A DNA stretch of 32,000 nt from contig JAWBCC010000001.1 in assembly GCA_038823825.1 (NCBI GenBank), positions 360,001 through 392,000 of the forward strand. The letters are read 5' to 3'. A program made the position numbers and the translations under genes. The stretch's first letter is position 1; every line of letters begins with the position of its first letter. The DNA is from Candidatus Hadarchaeales archaeon (GTDB lineage: Archaea > Hadarchaeota > Hadarchaeia > Hadarchaeales > Hadarchaeaceae). The notes beneath the pieces were generated by a model that was not told the origin of the DNA, searched no databases, and saw only the letters and a list, made by a program, of their open reading frames with translations. This document shows positions 24,974 to 32,000 of this stretch, one piece after another.

Positions 24974-26671
24974 ATGGAGAAAACCACAGCAATAGTGTTT
25001 GCAAGCTTAGCGACTTTATTACTCATGATTCCGCTGATATCGGCGCCCGAGCTCATCTATGACGATTTCAACGATGAGACTCTTGGTACCAACACTGGGG
25101 GCGCTGCTGGAGCGATGTCATATGATGGAAATCACGACCCCACTATTAGCTTTGTGCAAGGATACGAGGGCAGGGCTCTAGCACTTACGTATAATCTTCC
25201 ACCAAATCAATGGGCCGGCTATTGGAGTTTCTTCCGATCGGATGAAGTGGGATACGATCTTAGAGGATATACGGATCTCCAGATGTGGGTAAGGGGCGCA
25301 AGCGGGGGGGAAATCTTCAAGGTCGAAATGAAAGACACAAACAACAGATATCGTGCGATATATGTAACACTCGTTCCAGGTTTCGAGAGTGGGGCGACTA
25401 CATCTTGGCAGAAGCTTGTAATTCCCCTTTACAATTTCGCCAGCGTAGTGGACCTCGGCAATGTAAAACAGCTCAACATCGTCTTCGACAGGGCCCCGTG
25501 GCAGGGGACCGTACATCTGGACAAAATAACCTTCACCACAGATTCTCCAGCCCGCAGTCTACCAGCCGGTCTAATAGTTGACGATTACAACGACGGAAGT
25601 GGGCCAAACAATCTAGGTGGTGGCTGCGGGATAATGGATCCAGATCCAAATGGTGGTCCTGAGTGGATCACGGAAGAGTATGTCGGCGGAGCGTATGAGG
25701 GGCTCGGTTGTCTGAAACTCACATACAATCGAGGAACCTCCAGTTGGGTCGGTTACTGGAGTTTCTTGCACCCCGACCAACATGGTGTCGATGTTTCTGA
25801 TTACAAGTATCTCAGCATGTATGTAAAAGGAGCAAGCGGAGGTGAATCATTCAGGGTGGAGTTGAAGGATAGTTCAAACAAAGTATCGAAACAGGTTATC
25901 AGTGGGATTACTTCCTCTTGGAAGGAATTCAGATTGGACCTTTCTAGCTTCTCTGGAGTTAGTCTGACGAGCCTCGCCATGGTAAACTTTGTCATGGACT
26001 TACCACCGAACTCTGGAACAGTTTATATAGACCTCGTTAGGTTCATTCGTGAAAACGAGAATGCCCCTCAGCAACCTGTCGACAACACTATCGTAAGAAT
26101 ATTTCCAGAAAATCAAAACGTCAGAACCGGGGAAAACTTTTCCGTACAAATCGGAATCATTCCAGTGACTGGTGTGGCTGGCGTTCAGTGTACATTGAGG
26201 TTCAATCCACAGATTCTGGGAGTTCTCGATGTAACCGAGGGTGACTTCCTGAAGCAAGGAGGAGCCAGTAGCTTCTTCCAAGTGATTTCCTTGGATAACA
26301 CGACGGGAAAAATTGAAATCACCGGTGTACGGATCAACGGATCTGCCAACTCCCCCGGAGTTTTTGCGACAGTGCAATTAAAAGCAAAGGATAATCAGGG
26401 GACATCACAGCTCTGGCTTGAGGATGTTATCCTTGGAGATGAGAACGGACAGGTTCTTCCAGTAACACTTAGGGGGGCAGTCGTTACTGTAGAAGCATAT
26501 GCTCCTTGGGACGTAAACCGGGATGGAAAAGTAAACATTCAGGACATGCTGGCTGTGATATCTAAATGGAAACAAACCGGTCCTGCTGGTTGGATAGCTG
26601 AGGATATAAACAAAGACGGAAAAATAAACGTGCTTGACCTCATCCTCATTGGACAGCATTGGACAGGATGA
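24974..26671 (+). CDS. Secreted modular protein: signal peptide, 2x CBM11/CIA30-like beta-sandwich modules, cohesin, type-I-like dockerin
   Basis: Signal-like N-terminus MEKTTAIVFASLATLLLMIPLISAP. Two homologous ~160-aa modules (aa ~27-188 and ~199-358) begin [IV]YDDFND / IVDDYNDG and end G-T-V-[HY]-[LI]-D. The cohesin-like module is aa ~371-507 (VRIFPENQNVRTGENFSVQIGI..VAGVQCTLRFNPQILGVLDVTEGDFL...GVFATVQLKAK). The C-terminal dockerin duplicate is WDVNRDGKVNIQDMLAVI...EDINKDGKINVLDLILI. Confidence 0.8.
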   Translation: MEKTTAIVFASLATLLLMIPLISAPELIYDDFNDETLGTNTGGAAGAMSYDGNHDPTISFVQGYEGRALALTYNLPPNQWAGYWSFFRSDEVGYDLRGYTDLQMWVRGASGGEIFKVEMKDTNNRYRAIYVTLVPGFESGATTSWQKLVIPLYNFASVVDLGNVKQLNIVFDRAPWQGTVHLDKITFTTDSPARSLPAGLIVDDYNDGSGPNNLGGGCGIMDPDPNGGPEWITEEYVGGAYEGLGCLKLTYNRGTSSWVGYWSFLHPDQHGVDVSDYKYLSMYVKGASGGESFRVELKDSSNKVSKQVISGITSSWKEFRLDLSSFSGVSLTSLAMVNFVMDLPPNSGTVYIDLVRFIRENENAPQQPVDNTIVRIFPENQNVRTGENFSVQIGIIPVTGVAGVQCTLRFNPQILGVLDVTEGDFLKQGGASSFFQVISLDNTTGKIEITGVRINGSANSPGVFATVQLKAKDNQGTSQLWLEDVILGDENGQVLPVTLRGAVVTVEAYAPWDVNRDGKVNIQDMLAVISKWKQTGPAGWIAEDINKDGKINVLDLILIGQHWTG

Positions 26672-26675
26672 AAGG

Positions 26676-27302
26676 TTGAAAACATGCTGGTTATTTGCGC
26701 TTGCCATACTGATTATTCTCATCTCTCAGCCCCTCTGTCAAGCCGAAATTACGAGGGTTTACGTAAAACCTAAAGAAGTTAATGTAGAAAATGGAAAGGT
26801 CTTCGAAATAGAAATAGTGGCAAACCCTTCCACCAAAATAGCGGGCTATCAGTTTTCTATCGGCTACGATTCATCGGTTCTTGACTTTCTTGCCATACGA
26901 GAGGGAAATTTCTTCAGGAAGTATGGTTTAAACACGTACTTCTACGAGGGGGATGTGGACAGAACGGCGGGAGTTTTAAGAGACGTCGTGTGCGTGGTGT
27001 TGGGAGAGGGCGGAAGCTCGGAGAATGGAACTTTGGCAATTGTTAGATTTCGGGCAAAGAAAACCGGACAATCAACAATTACCCTTTTTGATGTGATTGC
27101 CGGTAATCCGCTTGGAGAACAGGTAGAGGTAAACGTTCAGGGTGGTTCGGTTAAGGTTTTCACAAGCGGTATTGCCCCCTGGCTAGTTTTTTTAGTCGTG
27201 ACAATTGTTATTGTATTGTTAGTTCTCATATTTTTGCTGTTTCGCAGACGTTCTGGTCAAAGAAAAAAATCGAGAGAGCCAACCGTTTGGGAAAGTATTT
27301 GA
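26676..27302 (+). CDS. Membrane-anchored cohesin-domain protein (signal peptide, cohesin, C-terminal TM helix)
   Basis: I prefer the TTG at 26676, 4 nt after the upstream stop, which gives (M)KTCWLFALAILIILISQPLCQA|EITR. The alternative ATG at 26634 overlaps the upstream gene. The cohesin-like module is VYVKPKEVNVENGKVFEIEIVAN..IAGYQFSIGYDSSVLDFLAIREGNFF...GTLAIVRFRAKKTG. The C-terminal TM plus stop-transfer is IAPWLVFLVVTIVIVLLVLIFLLFRRRSGQRKK. Confidence 0.78.
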   Translation: MKTCWLFALAILIILISQPLCQAEITRVYVKPKEVNVENGKVFEIEIVANPSTKIAGYQFSIGYDSSVLDFLAIREGNFFRKYGLNTYFYEGDVDRTAGVLRDVVCVVLGEGGSSENGTLAIVRFRAKKTGQSTITLFDVIAGNPLGEQVEVNVQGGSVKVFTSGIAPWLVFLVVTIVIVLLVLIFLLFRRRSGQRKKSREPTVWESI

Positions 27303-27308
27303 ATTCCA

Positions 27309-29240
27309 TCATATCACGGGTTCCCGAAGGATGAGTTTTTTTGCTTCCTTGGCTAAAGAGGAAATCGGCAATGATAAACCTTCAAGCTGATGTAGCGCTT
27401 CGGCTGTCTGCAGAATCAATCTCTGAAGATCGCCTTCCTCCATGCGGGAGAGCTCGACCACTTCTTGCCACTTGGCTCCAGAGGCCCACATATAGACGCA
27501 ACTGGCTCTTCCACGAGCTGCCTCTAAAGAAGGTCTCTCGCTGTAGATCCCCGCTTTCTTCTCCATCCTCCAGATGTCGCGGAGTAAACCGATTACACGC
27601 GAAATATCAAGGAGAGCCAGCTTACGTCTGGGTGACCTTTCCCCAATGAGTGCTGCAACAGTTCCTGCTAGAGCGGCTGGAGAAAGCCCGCGGTAGAGGC
27701 CCCTTCTTACAAACTCCGCAAGATAGAGAAAAGATGCGTGAGTTATCATACAGGCCCACTCCCCATCTTCTGTCAACTCTAGAGAATCTGTCAGATATCC
27801 AAGAGACTTCAGAATGTTTATTCTCCTCCCAAACTCCTGCATCATCAGGTTTCTAACTTTTTTCTCCTTCTTTCTGCCGAGTTTTGACATTTGGTAAAAC
27901 AAAAGGCTTTTTTCGAAGATTTTGATAGTTCCCTGAAGACCGTGTCTGCCAAGTAGACTCAAAATCTGATAATATGCAACAGAGAAGGCGGATTTCAGAG
28001 GTTCCGGCGGAGATTTGGAGAGCGAGACGGCGTCATACAGCATTCTTTTTTCTCTCGGGACAAAAATCACAAAACCTACCCTATCTTTTCCTCTTCTGCC
28101 AGCCCTTCCGCTCATCTGATGGAATTCAAGCGGTGTGAGAAGGCGAGTGCCACTCTCATCTCTTGTCATAACCGTCGGGAGAGCAACGGTTCTTGCCGGA
28201 ACATCGAGCCCAGCGGCGAGAGTTGTCGTTGCAAAGACTGCTTGGATGAGACCGGCCGAAAGCATTCTTTCCACAGCAACCTTCCAGCCAGTCAAATGGC
28301 CAGCATGGTGTGGTGCCACGCCGGCATCTATGAGCTGCTCTAAGAGGGGATGGTCCCATAAAACTGGCGTTTCCTCCGCGACCTGAGCAAAGATCTCCAT
28401 CCGTCTTTCCCGGCCAATCCATTTTTGCCCGCGGAAGGTCCTCACGGCTTCATCACAGTCTCTTCTGCGCGGAAGGAAAACGATAACTGGTATGAGATCC
28501 TTTTCTTTTAAGATTGAAACGATTTTTACCGGATTAAAGGGCACTCTAGCATCCCTATCGCCGAGTTTGCCGATGATTTTTTCTCTCAGCGGAAGAACCC
28601 AGCCGCCAGCATGTAAAAAACCATATCTGAGGGGAACTGGCCTCTCGTCAACCCTTATTAGGCTAGGCTCTTCACCCCGGACTTTTCCCATCCACTCAGC
28701 CAGTTCATCTGAGTTTGAGATGGTAGCTGAGAGAAGTAGCAAACGTGTTTCTGAGGGAGAAAGGATTATGATTTCTTCCCACGTAACACCACGCTCAGGA
28801 TCTGCGATGTAGTGGGCTTCGTCCAAGACGACAAAATCGGGTGGTTTTCCCTCGCCATAAAGAGAGTTCCTGAGGATCTCTGTGGTGGCGACGATTATGA
28901 AAGCAGTTGGATTTTCTTTTCTCTCTCCGGTGAGAAGACCTACATTCTCTTCCCCAAAAATTCTCTTGAAGTAGTCATACTTTTGGTTAGAAAGGGCTTT
29001 AAGGGGCGTGGTATACCAACACTCTTTGCCTAGTTTGATGAAACTTCTGATTGCCTGCTCCGCAATCCAAGTTTTTCCGCTTCCAGTCGGTGCAACGACA
29101 ATAGTGTCTTTCTGAAGAACGCATCTCAGAGCTTCCTCTTGGAAAGGTGAAGGTACGAAAGCAGATGGCGAGGGTTCTCCTATTCCCTCTAGAAATTTTT
29201 CTTCAAGCTGATCAAAATCTCTCCCGTGACGTCCTTTCAA
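27309..29240 (-). CDS. Ski2/Mtr4/HelY-like DExH-box superfamily-2 helicase with a DSHCT-like C-terminal domain
   Basis: 643 aa with APTGSGKTW (motif I), VLDEAHY (DEAH), LSATISN (III) and QMSGRAGRRG (VI). The C-terminus VYMWASGAKWQEVVELSRMEEGDLQRLILQTAEALHQL...ILREPVI resembles the DSHCT domain. Confidence 0.82.
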   Translation of the reverse strand: MKGRHGRDFDQLEEKFLEGIGEPSPSAFVPSPFQEEALRCVLQKDTIVVAPTGSGKTWIAEQAIRSFIKLGKECWYTTPLKALSNQKYDYFKRIFGEENVGLLTGERKENPTAFIIVATTEILRNSLYGEGKPPDFVVLDEAHYIADPERGVTWEEIIILSPSETRLLLLSATISNSDELAEWMGKVRGEEPSLIRVDERPVPLRYGFLHAGGWVLPLREKIIGKLGDRDARVPFNPVKIVSILKEKDLIPVIVFLPRRRDCDEAVRTFRGQKWIGRERRMEIFAQVAEETPVLWDHPLLEQLIDAGVAPHHAGHLTGWKVAVERMLSAGLIQAVFATTTLAAGLDVPARTVALPTVMTRDESGTRLLTPLEFHQMSGRAGRRGKDRVGFVIFVPREKRMLYDAVSLSKSPPEPLKSAFSVAYYQILSLLGRHGLQGTIKIFEKSLLFYQMSKLGRKKEKKVRNLMMQEFGRRINILKSLGYLTDSLELTEDGEWACMITHASFLYLAEFVRRGLYRGLSPAALAGTVAALIGERSPRRKLALLDISRVIGLLRDIWRMEKKAGIYSERPSLEAARGRASCVYMWASGAKWQEVVELSRMEEGDLQRLILQTAEALHQLEGLSLPISSLAKEAKKLILREPVI

Positions 29241-29451
29241 GTTTCTCCAGCTCCTCTAATGCTTCGTCCTTTTCTTTTTCCGTCCACCATTTCTGTCCCC
29301 TTATGCACATAGATCTAAATTCCTTGAAGAGTCTGAGATAAGATAAACTGGAGACAGAAGTACTCTGTATCAGTCTTTCAAGTCTGCTACAATCCGGCGA
29401 ATCCTTATATGCACAAAGGGAACACAAGTACAACTTCCTCATTCTATTCAT
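29212..29451 (-). CDS. Small Cys-containing hypothetical protein overlapping the helicase start
   Basis: 79-aa ORF (MNRMRKLYLCSLCAYKDSPDCSRLERL...KEKDEALEELEKLERTSRERF). Its 3' end overlaps the helicase ATG by 29 nt in a different frame. I recognise no family, so coding status is uncertain. Confidence 0.35.
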   Translation of the reverse strand: MNRMRKLYLCSLCAYKDSPDCSRLERLIQSTSVSSLSYLRLFKEFRSMCIRGQKWWTEKEKDEALEELEKLERTSRERF

Positions 29452-29511
29452 TATCTAGATTTGGGTTGCTAAAAGATTTACACTCACTGGCGGATATCTG
29501 CCCGATCTTTT

Positions 29512-31782
29512 TCACGGGGGTTGAGTGGATAGCCAGATGTCATCCCAGTATGCACTCGTAGCGGGAGGTGTCTGCCCAGTTGTGTATCTAGCAGTAATGA
29601 AAACGCGCGCCCTAACCGCATTTTGTGGAGCCGTTACTTGGAAAGATACCAAAGTCCAACTATCAAAGGCTGTTGATGCAAAACCGCTACTCGGTGTCTG
29701 CACATAACCGTCATCATTCTCCCAGTATGGATACCATCTTACTCTGATGAATAGAGTGTACTGGCTTGGACTTGCCCCTCCTCCTGGATTTACGAGGTAG
29801 TAATACCCGGCTAGATAATACGTTTGTCCAGGGATGAAGCTCGTGATATTGTCTGAGGTCACATACGCGGTATACGAGGAGGAGTTAACCACTTGCTTTG
29901 CGGAGTAACTACCAGTTCTTGCCCTTTCGCTAGACCTAGAAGCGTTGGTTCCAAAACTCCAGTAACCGGTCTGCTCGAAGCTTGGGTTCTGGACGAGTTG
30001 TAATGGCGGCTCTGGCAAGGTTTCTACTCTAACATAGAAAGTGTTTGTATAGTTTCTGGCCGCTACGTTGCTTGGAATATCTAATCTCCACTCTATCTGT
30101 TTCTGCATATTTTCGCCATATTGGATGTTATTCCAAACATTTTCGTAGATGGTGCTCAGTGATACGGTTCTACCGCCGATCGCCTTGGCCGCACTGGCAG
30201 ATATCGTGTATCCGTCAGACGTGAAATCCCCGGCCGCTCTGACCTTAATCGTGAAGTTTCTGTTTGAGGACACAATAACCGTCATCGGACTCTGGGTTGC
30301 GTAAACGCTCTGTCCTTTGTAGCCGCTGAAGGAGAGGGTGTATGTGCTCAAAGACATCTCGAGGTAGACCTGAACCATAATCGCGTTGATATTCTCCAAA
30401 TAGTTATCTAGACCGGTGTTATCGACGGCTCTGACGTATAGATTCCACATTCCCGGAGCCGCGATTTTTGAAAGTTTCACCCTAAAGATTGCAGTGTATG
30501 TCTTGGTTTCAGAATTCTCTAAGACTGAACATCCAGATGTGTCTATGTAAGCAGACCCAAGTGGGCAACTAAACTGCCAAGCTCCCGCGCTCTTTGAAGC
30601 ACTCCATGTGTAGTGATTTCTGATGTTGTCTGACGCTGTATGGCTGAGCGAATTTTCATGTGCTACGAGATATATGTTCTCGAGCTCCATCTCTCCTTCC
30701 CAAACAGTAACTGTCACGTTAAACCAGCAGTTTGGCATTATGGTTGAATTTTCCGGAACTACCATCAGAACTGATGGGATTTCTATCAGAGGATAGGCGC
30801 AGAATTTATTACCACCACCGGCCCAGTCTGGTGGAGCACCCTGCCAATAAAAGATGGTGTTGTTAACGAAACCCAGTCTGTTTCCGTTATACTCGCCGAC
30901 GGGGTAGGGAAGATTTTCTAGACTCTCCCAAGTATTTGTCGAAATCTGATATCTGTAGAAACCATAGCCTGGCTGCTCAAGATAGGAACCACCGCTAAGA
31001 GCGTAAATGTAATCGGACTTGGTTGGAATCCAGAGGAGAGATCCTCCATCCCCTACCCCACCTGGATCCGGTATCGGACTAAGATTTTCCCAACTGTTTG
31101 TTTCAATGTTGTATCTCCAGAAATCCTGCAAAGGTGAAGTTTCATAATATTCTCCTCTTAAAGCGTAGAGGTAAGCTCCGCCGGTCCAGACAAGCGAACA
31201 ACCATCATCGGTGCCACCTGGTGGGTTAGCCAATACCTGCCAGGTGTTGGTCTGTGGGTTGTAACGGGCGAAAGTTGTTCCGTGTGTTGAGCTTCCCAAG
31301 ATCGCATAAATTCTTCCATCATAACCACACCAACAGAGAGCATCTCCCGCACCCTGTGGACCAGGAGTGTTCTCCAAGAACTCCCAGCTGTTCGAAGGAA
31401 TGGAATATCTCAGAAAGATTGTGCGGTTGGAATCCTGATATCTCGCCCCCGCCAGAGCGTATATGTAATTTTCATTATCCCAGGCAAGAGCGGTACCATT
31501 TCTGAAAAGACCTTGGGGTAGCATGGACGTGTTTATCTCTGTCCACTCGTTTGCAAATGGATCATACCTCCAGAAATGAACATTATCTAGGACATCGTAG
31601 CACCTGATTATGTAGATATAGTTTCCTACAGAGACCAAGGCTTGACCGTATCCGCCCGGCTGTGGGGTTGGGGCTTTCTCAATCCACACTGGCTCGGAAC
31701 TGATAGGGGGAGCAGAGAAAAGCATTGTGAGTATCATGAAAAAGGGCAGAGAGAGCCCCAGCACCAGAAGCTTTTTTCTCAT
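29512..31782 (-). CDS. Large secreted protein: signal peptide, Kelch-type beta-propeller (~6 blades), central beta-rich region, C-terminal CBM4_9/galactose-binding-like domain
   Basis: 756 aa with N-terminal MRKKLLVLGLSLPFFMILTMLFSAP. Blade motifs repeat: F-W-RYDPFANEWTE, FLRYSIPSNSWEF, FARYNPQTNTWQV, FWRYNIETNSWEN, FYRYQISTNTWES, each followed by IYA[LI].G-type strands. The C-terminal ~160 aa begin LVQNPSFEQTGYWSF...ARTGSYSAKQ. Confidence 0.8.
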   Translation of the reverse strand: MRKKLLVLGLSLPFFMILTMLFSAPPISSEPVWIEKAPTPQPGGYGQALVSVGNYIYIIRCYDVLDNVHFWRYDPFANEWTEINTSMLPQGLFRNGTALAWDNENYIYALAGARYQDSNRTIFLRYSIPSNSWEFLENTPGPQGAGDALCWCGYDGRIYAILGSSTHGTTFARYNPQTNTWQVLANPPGGTDDGCSLVWTGGAYLYALRGEYYETSPLQDFWRYNIETNSWENLSPIPDPGGVGDGGSLLWIPTKSDYIYALSGGSYLEQPGYGFYRYQISTNTWESLENLPYPVGEYNGNRLGFVNNTIFYWQGAPPDWAGGGNKFCAYPLIEIPSVLMVVPENSTIMPNCWFNVTVTVWEGEMELENIYLVAHENSLSHTASDNIRNHYTWSASKSAGAWQFSCPLGSAYIDTSGCSVLENSETKTYTAIFRVKLSKIAAPGMWNLYVRAVDNTGLDNYLENINAIMVQVYLEMSLSTYTLSFSGYKGQSVYATQSPMTVIVSSNRNFTIKVRAAGDFTSDGYTISASAAKAIGGRTVSLSTIYENVWNNIQYGENMQKQIEWRLDIPSNVAARNYTNTFYVRVETLPEPPLQLVQNPSFEQTGYWSFGTNASRSSERARTGSYSAKQVVNSSSYTAYVTSDNITSFIPGQTYYLAGYYYLVNPGGGASPSQYTLFIRVRWYPYWENDDGYVQTPSSGFASTAFDSWTLVSFQVTAPQNAVRARVFITARYTTGQTPPATSAYWDDIWLSTQPP

Positions 31783-31834
31783 TCAAAAATTTGTTGATTT
31801 TTTCTTCTCAAATACGTTTCGAGGAAGGTATTCG

Positions 31835-31911
31835 TGGCGGGCCGGGCGGGATTCGAACCCACGTCACGGGCTCCGGAGGCCCGTGTCCTTTCCTGGCTAG
31901 ACCACCGGCCC
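31835..31911 (-). tRNA. tRNA-Arg (anticodon CCG) with genomically encoded CCA
   Basis: The reverse complement GGGCCGGTGGTCTAGCCAGGAAAGGACACGGGCCTCCGGAGCCCGTGACGTGGGTTCGAATCCCGCCCGGCCCGCCA folds by hand into a cloverleaf. It has a 7-bp acceptor stem (GGGCCGG/CCGGCCC), a D arm, an anticodon stem CGGGC/GCCCG with loop CTCCGGA (anticodon CCG), and a T arm GTGGG-TTCGAAT-CCCGC. Confidence 0.92.
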
Positions 31912-31940
31912 AGATTTTTCTATTTTTCTGAAAGTAAAAC

Positions 31941-32000
31941 TCATTCGAGCATTAGAGAAGCGGCCTCCTCTATCGTGGAGACCTCTACTACCGATAGTCC
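31941..32000 (-). CDS. 3' end (last ~19 codons) of an unidentified gene that starts beyond the window end
   Basis: The minus-strand frame reads ...GLSVVEVSTIEEAASLMLE* with TGA at the complement of 31941-31943. It is too short to identify. Confidence 0.3.
   Translation of the reverse strand, partial: GLSVVEVSTIEEAASLMLE

Noticed and set aside
23700-31911. Possible tRNA-targeted genomic island (accessory surface-protein genes lying 3' of tRNA-Arg)
   Set aside because: No integrase or recombinase, transposase or phage gene is present. I could not find a direct repeat of the tRNA 3' half (GGGATTCGAACCC...) elsewhere in the window. The accessory character is noted, but a mobile-element call is unsupported.

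Overview
This is a densely packed, moderately AT-rich chromosomal segment that is clearly archaeal. Markers are TiaS, ribosomal proteins eS24 and eS31 (S27ae), DUF359-type GTP-dependent dephospho-CoA kinase, archaeal ApgM, DacZ-type diadenylate cyclase, a RecJ/GAN-like DHH nuclease and ATP-dependent DNA ligases. I support about 33 protein genes, one frameshifted gene and one tRNA-Arg(CCG). There is no rRNA, CRISPR array, transposase or integrase. Positions ~2.7-23.6 kb are mostly housekeeping: valS, pyrH, rps24e-rps27ae, two divergent DNA ligase paralogs, tiaS, apgM, mtnA-like, recJ-like, dacZ, purA and a Fap7-like kinase. GTG/TTG starts, Shine-Dalgarno-like GGAGG motifs, 4-nt start/stop overlaps and convergent 3' overlaps are frequent. 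The left edge carries a sugar-related cluster: a partial GH94-type glycan phosphorylase, a solute-binding protein with no signal peptide, and a frameshifted MinD/ParA ATPase. Positions ~23.7-31.8 kb look accessory and cell-surface related. This block holds two small membrane proteins, then a secreted protein with two CBM11/CIA30-like modules, a cohesin and a dockerin. Immediately after it comes a membrane-anchored cohesin protein, then a Ski2/HelY-like helicase preceded by an overlapping Cys-containing small ORF, then a 756-aa secreted Kelch-propeller protein next to the tRNA. The most interesting candidate is the cohesin-dockerin pair, a putative non-catalytic cell-surface tethering or polymerising system. 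All functional calls come from motif recognition in my own reading of the translations. No database search was run.
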